From NCBI GenBank assembly GCA_965217185.1, contig OZ244252.1, positions 32,001 through 96,000 of the forward strand: a stretch of 64,000 nt of DNA. The letters are read 5' to 3'. Below, one piece after another: positions 1 through 8,347 of the stretch. The position numbers and the translations under genes were made by a program. A model generated the notes under the pieces. The model saw only the letters and a program-made list of their open reading frames with translations. It did not search any database and was not told the origin of the DNA. The DNA is from an uncultured Candidatus Entotheonella sp. (GTDB lineage: Bacteria; Tectomicrobia; Entotheonellia; Entotheonellales; Entotheonellaceae). Positions within the stretch are counted from its first letter, which is position 1. Every line of letters starts with the position of its first letter.

Positions 1-2
1 CG

Positions 3-932
3 CGCAAGTGGTTCTCGTACCTGCCGCAGAGCATGTGGTCCCTGCCGCCGCGCGCCGCGTCGTGGGAAAAGCGCGGCGTGCCTACCGACTTGCGGGCCAT
101 CGTGACGCAAGCGCGGCGCAACGCCCGTCTCAAGCGCAACGCCACCTGGGACGTGCGCACGTTCATCGAAGCGGCGGTCGACGACGACTCGTGGTTTGAA
201 TACCACGAGAAATTCGCCACCTCGGCGGTCATTGGCTTGGCGCGCATCGCCGGCATCGCGGTTGTGGTTATCGCTAATCAGCGGCAGGTGCTGGGGGGTT
301 CCATGACGGCGGCCTCGTCGTCCAAGGTCACGCGCATCCTGAAGCTGGCGAACGCCTACCACCTGCCCGTCATCACGCTGGTGGACGTGCCGGGTTTCAT
401 CGCCACGCAGGCGGAATCGGTGGGCCAGATCCTGTCCAAAGGCGCCGGGCTGCTGATGACCTATCCCAACCTCATGGTGCCGCGCATTTCGGTGGTCATC
501 GACAAAGCGTTCGGCGGCGCCTATTGTGCGATGGACAGTTACTCCACTTCCGTTCGTTCCAGCCTATCTCGCCACTATGGCTTCACCACCGGACAAATTG
601 CTGTGCTCGGCAAGGAAGCGGGGCCGTTTTTCACCTACGGTCCGGACGGCGGGGACGCGGCCGTCAGGGAGCAGCATCAGGACCGCTACGAGAATGAGTA
701 CCTCAACATGAACCGCGCCTATGGGGACAAGGACGAGGACATCCTCGTCGAACCGCTGGAGCCCGAAGCCCTGCGCCCGTGCCTGGTCGCTGAACTGCCG
801 CCGTTATACGACGCCTACCAAGCGTATTGGCAACGCCTGATTAGCGACCTCGATCGGGTACGCGAGGAATGCCCGGACCTGTTTACCGAACTGCGTCACG
901 GCGCCCTGCGCGGCCTGATTCATCCCCTGTGA
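3..932 (+). CDS. acyl-CoA carboxylase carboxyltransferase (PccB-like), C-terminal part; starts before the window
   Basis: Frame open from nt 3 (RKWFSYLPQS...); motifs GLARIAG, VIANQ, LPVITLVDVPGF, KAFGGAYCAM. Confidence 0.85.
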   Translation, partial: RKWFSYLPQSMWSLPPRAASWEKRGVPTDLRAIVTQARRNARLKRNATWDVRTFIEAAVDDDSWFEYHEKFATSAVIGLARIAGIAVVVIANQRQVLGGSMTAASSSKVTRILKLANAYHLPVITLVDVPGFIATQAESVGQILSKGAGLLMTYPNLMVPRISVVIDKAFGGAYCAMDSYSTSVRSSLSRHYGFTTGQIAVLGKEAGPFFTYGPDGGDAAVREQHQDRYENEYLNMNRAYGDKDEDILVEPLEPEALRPCLVAELPPLYDAYQAYWQRLISDLDRVREECPDLFTELRHGALRGLIHPL

Positions 933-970
933 GGCTTGCACGCTACTGGAGAATTTCCGTATCGGACAGT

Positions 971-1011
971 GTAGTGGAATGTCGGATTACGCTTCGCTAA
1001 TCCGACCTACA
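971..1011 (-). repeat. GTAG-type REP-like palindrome, copy 1
   Basis: Stem GTCGGATTA/TAATCCGAC; reverse complement matches 20853-20891 over 39 nt; enclosed by an 11-bp IR at 953-963/1016-1026. Confidence 0.8.
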
Positions 1012-1124
1012 TCTTGATACGGAAATGTTCTGGAAAGTAACGCTCTCTTTTCCGGCCTCGTTTTCCTGTTATACCGTGGCTCTCCGACTATTCCGGAGCC
1101 GTCTCACCAGCGAGGAGATTGCCT

Positions 1125-2837
1125 GTGCGATTGATACCGCGACTGTTCATCCTGACCGTGGCCGCCGTCGTGTCGCTTGTGTCCGCGGCCGCTGGCGAGC
1201 GGGGTGCCGACGGCCAGTTGAAAATGCTCTACTGGCAGGCGCCGTCCATCCTGAACCCGTTCCTGTCTGGCGGGACCAAGGACGTCCACGCGGCTTCACT
1301 GGTTCTGGAACCCCTGGCGCGTTACGACGAGAACGGCGAGATGGTTCCGGCGTTGGCCGCGGAGATTCCAACCGTTGAGAACGGTGGTGTTTCGGCGGAC
1401 CTTCTGTCCGTCACCTGGAGGCTGCGAGACGACGTGGTGTGGTCGGACGGCAGTCCGTTCACCGCTGCGGACGTTGCGTTCACCGCGGCCTATTGCATGG
1501 ACCCCGAAGGCGCCTGCAGCGGCGCCAGCCGGTTTCAGGACGTGGAGGCGGTCGAGGCGGTGGACAGCCACACGGTGCGCATCACGTTCAAGGTTCCCAT
1601 GCCGTTCCCCTACGTGCCGTTCGTCGGCTCGGTATCGCCGGTCATCCAGGAAAAGCAGTTCGCAGCCTGCACGGGCGCGAGGGCGCCGGAATGCACCGAG
1701 CAGAATTTCGGCCCGGTCGGCACCGGTCCCTTCAAGGTGGCCGAATTCCGTCCGAATGATATCGTCCTGTACGAAATGAATGACCGGTACCGCGACCCCG
1801 ACCAGCCGGCCTTTTCCTCGGTTCTGCTCAAGGGCGGCGGGGACGCCGTTTCCGCGGCACGCGCCGTGCTGGAGACCGGCGAATTCGACTACGCCTGGAA
1901 TTTGCAGGTCGAGCCCGAAATTCTCGCCGCCATGGCTGCGGCGGGCCGGGGCGAGGTGATCTCGGCCTTTGGCAGCATGGTCGAGCGCCTGGTGGTGCAA
2001 CTCACCAATCCCGACCCGGCGCTGCGCGATAAACGGTCAACTTACCAGGACGGCGCCAATCCCCACCCGTTTCTCTCGGATGCGGCGGTGCGGCGGGCGC
2101 TGTCGATGGCGATCGACCGGGAAATCCTGGTCGATGCCGGCTACGGGACTGCCGGACGTGTGGCCTGCAGCGTGGTGCCGGCGCCGGCGGTCTACGTCTC
2201 GACCGCCAACGACTGGTGCCAGACCCAGGACGTTGCGGGCGCCAATAAGCTGCTCGACGATGTCGGTTGGGTGCGCGGCGCCGATGGCATCCGCGCCAAG
2301 GACGGCGTCCGGCTCTCGATCCTTTACCAGACCTCGACCAATTCCGTGCGCCAGGCCACCCAGGCGCTGATCAAGCAGATGTGGCGGGAGATCGGCGTGG
2401 AGACCGAGTTGAAGAACATTAACGCGTCGGTGTTCTTCGGCGGCGACCCGTCCAGCCCGGACACCTACCAGAAGTTCTACGCCGACATCCAGATGTAGAC
2501 CAGCAGCTTCGACGGCACCGACCCCCAGAACTACATGCAAAGCTGGATATGCGCCGAAGTCCCGGGCCCCGAGAACCAGTGGCTCGGCCAGAACATCCCG
2601 CGCTACTGCGACGCGGTATACGATGAGCTGGCGAGGTCGCTGTCCAAGACCGCGGGGATCGAACAACGCGCCGCGATTGCCAGAGAGATGAACGACAAGT
2701 TGATCGGCTACGGCGCGCTGATCCCGCTGGTCCATCGTGGTGAGGTCGCCGCCAGGACGTTGTCGCTCGGCGGCGTCCGGCACAACGCCTGGGACGCTAC
2801 CGTGTGGAACATTCAGGAGTGGCACCGCCGGAAATGA
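1125..2837 (+). pseudogene. peptide ABC transporter substrate-binding protein (family 5) with in-frame TAG at 2496-2498
   Basis: Signal peptide; WSDGSPFTAADV and PVGTGPFK motifs; ORFs 1119-2498 and 2535-2837 share a frame across one TAG; RBS GAGGAG 1112-1117. Confidence 0.85.
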
Positions 2838-3857
2838 CGCGGCCCGTCCCCCGTCCCATCGAGCGCGCGAGGCAAGTCCATGCTGAGATATGCGGCCCGG
2901 CGCCTGCTGTTCTCGATCCCGACGCTGCTGGTGATCAGCTTCATCGTGTTCGCCCTGCTCGACTTGGCGCCGAACGATCCGACCGCCCAGCTTCCACTGA
3001 CGATTCCCCCGGAGACCCGTCAGGCCATCCGCGAGAGTCTTGGACTCGGACAGCCGTTCCACGTCCGCTATTTCAAGTGGCTGACGCAGTTCATGATCCA
3101 TGAGCCGCTCAACCTGGCCGAGCGCATGTGGGGGGTTGAGATCGGCGATTCCGAGGGGCGCCTGCGCGTGCGCTCCTGGTCGACCCGCGCGCCGGTCGTG
3201 GACCTGATCGCGGCCCGGCTGCCGCAGACCCTGACCGTCGTCGGCGTTTCCTACCTCGTTGCGGTCCTCATCGCGGTTCCCGTCGGCGTCTTCTCCGCCT
3301 ACCGGCAGTACTCGATCTTCGATCACGTCGGCACCTTCGTCACCACGGTGGGCTTCTCGGTGCCGACCTTCTTCACGGGAACCGTCCTCATCGTGGTGTT
3401 CAGCGCCACGCTCGGCTGGCTGCCGTCGATCTACGACACGACCCACCGGGTGACAGATTTCGACAGCTTCGTTTACCAAGTCAGGCAGATGGTCATGCCG
3501 GTGATGGTGCTCGGGCTTTACAACGCGGCGCAACTCAGCCGCTTCACGCGCTCCGCGGTCCTGGACAACCTCAACCAGGAATACGTCCGCACCGCCCGCG
3601 CCAAGGGGCTGACGGAACCGGTCGTCATCCTCGTCCACGTGCTCCGCAACAGCATGATCCCGGTCGTCACCGTCATTGCGCTGGGGCTGCCGTCGACCTT
3701 CGCGGGGGCCATCATCACCGAGCAGATATTCCGTATCAACGGCGTCGGCCAGTTGTTGATCGGCGCTATCGAGAGCGCCGACATCCCCACCGTGCAGACC
3801 GTGACGTTCATCTTCGCGGTGCTGATCGTGGGGTTGTAAACTGTTGTTCATTTAGTG

Positions 3858-3866
3858 TATTATAAT
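3858..3866 (+). promoter_or_regulatory. probable -10 box of the IS607 tnpA promoter
   Basis: TATAAT at 3861-3866 in the AT-rich left end, just before ATG 3872. Confidence 0.5.
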
Positions 3867-3871
3867 TGACT

Positions 3872-4462
3872 ATGGATGTTATGAGTCGCCGCATCAGCCT
3901 GACTGCCTGGGGTCGCCTTTACGGCTTCGACAAGGCTACTACGTCGCGTATGCACCATGCCGGCAGACTGCCCGCCGAGCTTCAGATCGAGCAGTTGCCC
4001 AATGGGCGCTACTACGTGGTGGTGCCGCCGGAGAACGACGGGCGCCTTGTGGTATACGCTCGTGTTTCTTCTGCCGACCAGAAAGAAGACCTCGATCGGC
4101 AGGTCGGGCGGGTCGTCGAATGGGCAACGCAGCAGGGCTACCGACCCGACGAAGTCGTAAAGGAGATCGGTTCCGGTTTGAATGGCAACCGTCGCCGGTT
4201 GCGGCGTCTGGTGGCGGACCACACGGTGAGCACGATCGTGGTGGAGCATCGGGAGCGGTTGTGCCGGTTCGGCTTCGAATATGTGGAAGCTGCGCTGGCT
4301 GGACGGGGGGCTCGTATTTTGGTGATGGAAGATAGCGAGCTCGAAGATGATCTGGTGCGAGACGTAACCGAGGTGATGACTTCGCTTTGTGCTCGGCTCT
4401 ACGGGAGGCGTTCGGCCCGGCGGCGTGCGGAGCGAGCGTTGGCGGCAGCAAGAGAAACATGA
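3872..4462 (+). CDS. tnpA: IS607 serine recombinase transposase
   Basis: N-terminal HTH-like region, YARVSSADQKEDLDRQ, EIGSGLNG, DLVRDVTEVMTSLCARLYGRRS; start could be 3866, 3872 or 3881. Confidence 0.95.
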   Translation: MDVMSRRISLTAWGRLYGFDKATTSRMHHAGRLPAELQIEQLPNGRYYVVVPPENDGRLVVYARVSSADQKEDLDRQVGRVVEWATQQGYRPDEVVKEIGSGLNGNRRRLRRLVADHTVSTIVVEHRERLCRFGFEYVEAALAGRGARILVMEDSELEDDLVRDVTEVMTSLCARLYGRRSARRRAERALAAARET

Positions 4463-6057
4463 TGAAAGCCACTTATCAGACACGCATTGCGGATTATGCC
4501 GGGATGGCTCGTGAGAGCGGGGATGCGGCGTTGTCGGCATGCGCCGAGTTGTATGGACAGGTGCAGCGCAAGCTGTTTGCGGAGATGGCTGCGGGCCGGT
4601 CTGCAGTGTCGTTGAAGAGTACGTACCTGGAGCGCTACGGCATACCGGCGCGCATGTTCAATGCGGTACGGGTGTCGCTGCAAGGCAAGGCCGTGTCGGT
4701 GCGGAAGGGTCAGAAGTTGCAGGCAGACAGCCTGCGGCGGCGCATTTCTCGTGCGCAGAAACAGATTGTCCAAGCTGAGCAGCGGGGACGGCTGGAACAG
4801 GTGCATCACAAGCGGCGCAGGCTGGCGAACTTGGAACGTCGCCTGGCGAGACTGGAAGCCGACTTGTTGGCAGGGCGGCTTCGCCTTTGCTTCGGGTCGA
4901 AGAAGTTATGGCGCAAACAGTACCACCTTGAAGTCAACGGCTACGGCAGCCATGAAGAGTGGCTCAAGGACTGGCGTGATGCCCGCAGTAGCGAGTTCTT
5001 CGTGCTGGGAAGCCGGGATGAGACGGCGGGCTGTCAGTTGTGCGTGGCCGGCATCGCGGATGATGGGTCGCTGACTCTGCGGCTGCGGCTGCCGGATCGC
5101 CTGGCTGAAGGACACGGCAAGTATGTCGTCATGGAGGGCGTGCGGTTCGCTTATGGGCATGACCAGGTGCTGGCAGCGTTGGAAAGCAACGCCGAGTATG
5201 CTGCCTGTCGCCGTGATCACGGGGAGAAGTCGGCAAGAGCGACCGACCAGGGGCAGGCCGTCAGCTACCGGTTCAAGCGCGACGACAAAGGCTGGCGGGT
5301 ATTCGTCACCACTGACTTGGAGCACGTGCCCGTGGTGACGGACAAGCGGCGTGGCGCCATTGGCATTGACCTCAATGCCGATCATCTAGCCGTTGCCGAG
5401 ACTGACGCCTCGGGCAACTACGTCCACGCCTTCCGTGTGCCGCTGGTGACCTACGGCAAGTCCAGTCACCAGGCCGAAGCGCTCATCGGTGATGCGGTGG
5501 CCAGGGTGGTCGGGTACGCCAAGCGTGTCGGCAAGCCCATCGTCATCGAGCGGCTGGACTTCCGTAAGAAGAAGGCTGTCCTGGAAGGCGAATCCCGAAG
5601 GTACAGCCGCATGCTGTCGAGTTTCAGCTACGGCAAGACCCAGGCTTGTTTCTTGTCGAAGGGCCACCGCGAAGGTGTGGCAATCCATCAGGTGAACCCG
5701 GCCTTCAGTTCGGTAGTTGGTCGGGTGAAATTCATGGAAAGGTACGGGCTGAGCGTTCACCAGGCTGCGGCTTTGGTGCTGGCCCGTCGTTTGCTCGGTT
5801 GTTCCGAGCGCATCCCCCGCCAATGGGTTGCCCCCGTTGGCAATGGCGTTCAGGTCGCCTTCACCGTACCCGCGAGGAAACGGGTGAAGCACGTGTGGAC
5901 GTACTGGGGTGCGGTTCTGGGGCAGTTGAGACCGGCGCTTGCAGCGCAACACCGGCTGGGGAAGCGGCGACGCGGGACCCAATCCGGTTCAGGCTGCCTT
6001 GCGGGCGAAGGCTCGCGGGGAGGCTTGGATAGGGACCCGTTCGGTGTTCCCGGGTGA
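4459..6057 (+). CDS. tnpB: TnpB-related RNA-guided RuvC protein (atypical)
   Basis: ATGA overlap with tnpA; GIDLNADH (RuvC-I), IVIERLDF (RuvC-II), VNPAFSS, HQAAALVLARR (RuvC-III position). Confidence 0.88.
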   Translation: MMKATYQTRIADYAGMARESGDAALSACAELYGQVQRKLFAEMAAGRSAVSLKSTYLERYGIPARMFNAVRVSLQGKAVSVRKGQKLQADSLRRRISRAQKQIVQAEQRGRLEQVHHKRRRLANLERRLARLEADLLAGRLRLCFGSKKLWRKQYHLEVNGYGSHEEWLKDWRDARSSEFFVLGSRDETAGCQLCVAGIADDGSLTLRLRLPDRLAEGHGKYVVMEGVRFAYGHDQVLAALESNAEYAACRRDHGEKSARATDQGQAVSYRFKRDDKGWRVFVTTDLEHVPVVTDKRRGAIGIDLNADHLAVAETDASGNYVHAFRVPLVTYGKSSHQAEALIGDAVARVVGYAKRVGKPIVIERLDFRKKKAVLEGESRRYSRMLSSFSYGKTQACFLSKGHREGVAIHQVNPAFSSVVGRVKFMERYGLSVHQAAALVLARRLLGCSERIPRQWVAPVGNGVQVAFTVPARKRVKHVWTYWGAVLGQLRPALAAQHRLGKRRRGTQSGSGCLAGEGSRGGLDRDPFGVPG

Positions 6058-6188
6058 GATTCCCGGGCGGAGCCGTCTTGAACTGTTGGGGCGGCGGCGC
6101 GGCGCAGGCTGCGCTTTCAGAAATGGCTGGCGGCAGTGTGTAACCAAAGTCAACCATTTTTACAACGGTTCAATCTGGTGGCGGACCT
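5950..6188 (+). ncRNA. predicted omegaRNA/reRNA (scaffold over the tnpB 3' end and right end, guide from the flank); bounds approximate
   Basis: Positional inference from TnpB biology; Gly/Arg-rich TnpB tail plus 109-nt non-coding right end. Confidence 0.4.
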
Positions 6189-6218
6189 GCTGTACGGGGT
6201 GCTGGATCCGAGGATTCG

Positions 6219-7125
6219 CTGACTGACGCCGCACCGACCCTTGGAGCACAGCACCGCTCGCTGGCGCGAGATGTCTGGCAGCAATTCTGGCGCCATAAGG
6301 GCGCGCTGGGCGGCGCGGCGGTCTTCACCCTGATTGCCCTGGCGGTGCTGTTCGGGTCCGTCGTCCACGGTGTTGATCCGCAATACATCGACTACAAGGC
6401 CAAGAACCAAGGCATGTCGCTCGCCCACCCGTTGGGCACCGACAACCTGGGCCGCGACATGTTCGCCCGGGTGCTGGCTGGCGGGCGGCTTTCGCTTGCG
6501 GTGGGCGTCGCCGCCATGGCGCTGTCGCTGACCCTCGGAACCTGCGTCGGCGTCTTGGCCGGTTTCTTCCAGCGGCTCGACGGCCCGCTGATGCGGCTGA
6601 CCGATCTCTTCCTGGCGCTGCCGGTTCTGCCACTGCTGCTGGTCAGCATCATGCTGTTCCGCGATCCGCTGCGCTCCGTCCTGGGGCCGGAGATCGGCAT
6701 TTTCGTCCTGATCGTGGCCGTCATCGGCATCACCAGCTGGATGCAGACCGCGCGCATCGTTCGCGGCGAAGTGCTGGCGGTCAAACAGCGGGAGTTCGTG
6801 CTCGCTCCGCAGCGTCGGCACGCGATCGCATCGGATCATCACGCGGCACCTCCTCCCCAACGCGCTGAGCCCGATCACGGTTTCCGCCACGCTCGGCATC
6901 GCACAAGCGATCATTACGGAAAGCGCCTTGAGCTTCCTCGGTCTCGGCTTCCCGTCCGATTTCCCGACCTGGGGCCGGCTGCTGTACGACGGCGTGCCCT
7001 TCCTCGGCCTCACGCCGGCGCGGGTGATCTGGCCCGGCTTGGCCATCTCGCTGACCGTGTTGAGCATCAATTACATGGGCGACGGCCTGCGCGACGCCAT
7101 GGACCCGCGCGTGCGACGACGCTGA
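6219..7125 (+). pseudogene. ABC peptide permease (DppC/OppC-like), start codon lost and frameshift near 6807
   Basis: HPLGTDNLGRDMFAR, ARIVRGEVL; second frame continues RHLLPN...ESALSFLGLG...GDGLRDAMDPR; N-terminus reads CTG-TDAAPT. Confidence 0.88.
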
Positions 7126-7152
7126 ACTTGCCGTATGCTGAACTTGCCGTAT
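7121..7152 (+). repeat. 16-bp perfect tandem duplication GCTGAACTTGCCGTAT x2
   Basis: Read directly; lies at the switch to lower-GC DNA. Confidence 0.9.
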
Positions 7153-7193
7153 GATGTTTAGGCCGTAGAACTATTGACGTGGAGAGCGATGTG

Positions 7194-8016
7194 ATGGCCA
7201 ATCCGAAGGTTTCTTTTGTCATAGAGGGACCGGACGAAAACAACGGCCACCTGGAGTTGTCGGTATTTGTCGAGAAAGTCAGACATTTTCTTGACATGCT
7301 GAACCGGAGCACCAGGGAAAGCGTCGAAGAGGGGATTGTATTTCACGTTGTTCATCTCTCTCACTCCAGTCCTGCGACCGTAGAGTGTGTGCCAAAAGAA
7401 AGCAATATGGCATCTGCCACTATAGCTGTTCAGTCGATTGGCAAGAATCTGATGGATGTAAAAACGGAAGACTCCCATCATCTTTCTCACACCGTTTTGT
7501 CTTCTATGGAACAACTCGCGAACTTCAGCCTCACCAAAATCGCTCGCGCTGAAGTCCGAATTATGGAAGGTGATAATGACATCGAACAGATTTACAAGTT
7601 GGACGACAAATTCAAAGAACAATTAAGCCGTGCCCGGCATCAGGAAGACAGAGTTATCAGCACGATTGACGGAAGACTTGAGCAGATTAACATTCACAAC
7701 AATGTGAACACGTTTCGGATTTATGCGTCAGTGCCTGCTTCTTATTCCGTCAATTGTGGGTTCCCGCCGAATTTACTTGAAAACGTACAGAGTTCCCTGG
7801 GGTCTTTTGTTTCCGTTTTCCGGTGAATGCTTTTATCGCCCCGACGCGCTGTTTCCATACAAAATAAACGTTCAAGATATGAGGATCCTGCCGCCGGCAG
7901 AAGAACTGCCCACCCTGAGTGACCTTTACGGGCTTGCTCCCGGCGCAACGAGCGGCAAATCTTCCGAACGGTTCGTAAGAGAACTGCGCGATGCATGGGA
8001 CAAGACGGACCGATGA
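7194..8016 (+). pseudogene. hypothetical protein (~270 aa) frameshifted by an extra T at 7816-7819; putative partner of the PIN gene
   Basis: Removing one T joins GSFVSV to SGECFYRPD...; RBS GGAGAG; stop overlaps the PIN ATG. Confidence 0.65.
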
Positions 8017-8255
8017 AGGATGATTTGATCTGCTGGGACTCGTCGGTTTTGATCAGTTGGCTTCGCGGTGATGAAGATGCGGACAGAAACCGGGCCACTC
8101 ATGCCGTTGTGCAATACATTGAAAGCGGGGGCTTCCAAGCTGGTCGTTTCCACTCGTTTGACGACCGCTTGCTGCGTCTCAACGGAGACGACGAAGTGGA
8201 TGGTCTTGCCATAACGGCCTGCGAAATTCCCGGAATGAATCTGCCCTTGTCTTGA
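8013..8255 (+). pseudogene. PIN/VapC-like protein, internally deleted
   Basis: ICWDSSVLISWL (PIN N-motif) and FHSFDDRLL (C-motif) in only 80 aa; central acidic motifs missing. Confidence 0.65.
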
Positions 8256-8347
8256 CCACTCGCCAATCGACTTCCCTGCCTACCAACGGATATTGCAGGC
8301 GTTGACAACTGGACCCCACTCACACCCTTTTCCGGAAACAACACCCG

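Larger units (their letters stand above)
3834..6166 (+). mobile_element. IS607-family insertion sequence (tnpA + tnpB)
   Basis: GG on both sides (3832-33, 6167-68); removal restores the permease frame; 8-bp IR GTTGTAAA (3833-3840)/TTTACAAC (6159-6166). Confidence 0.92.
2880..6222 (+). pseudogene. ABC peptide permease (DppB/OppB-like) split by IS607 near its 3' end (2880-3833 + 6169-6222)
   Basis: EAA loop YVRTARAKGL, HVLRNSMIPV; tail FNLVADLLYGVLDPRIR resumes right after the IS. Confidence 0.9.

Noticed and set aside
2496..2498. Amber recoding (pyrrolysine or readthrough) in the substrate-binding protein
   Set aside because: No pyl genes in the window, TAG is used as a normal stop elsewhere, one change from TAC explains it, and the operon has other lesions
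3834..6166. IStron (group I intron-IS607 chimera) that splices out of the permease mRNA
   Set aside because: Only ~38 nt precede tnpA and 109 nt follow tnpB, too little for a group I intron core
4459..6222. Cas12-type CRISPR effector or an already domesticated TldR
   Set aside because: No array or cas genes; it is coupled to an intact tnpA and interrupts a gene like an ordinary IS
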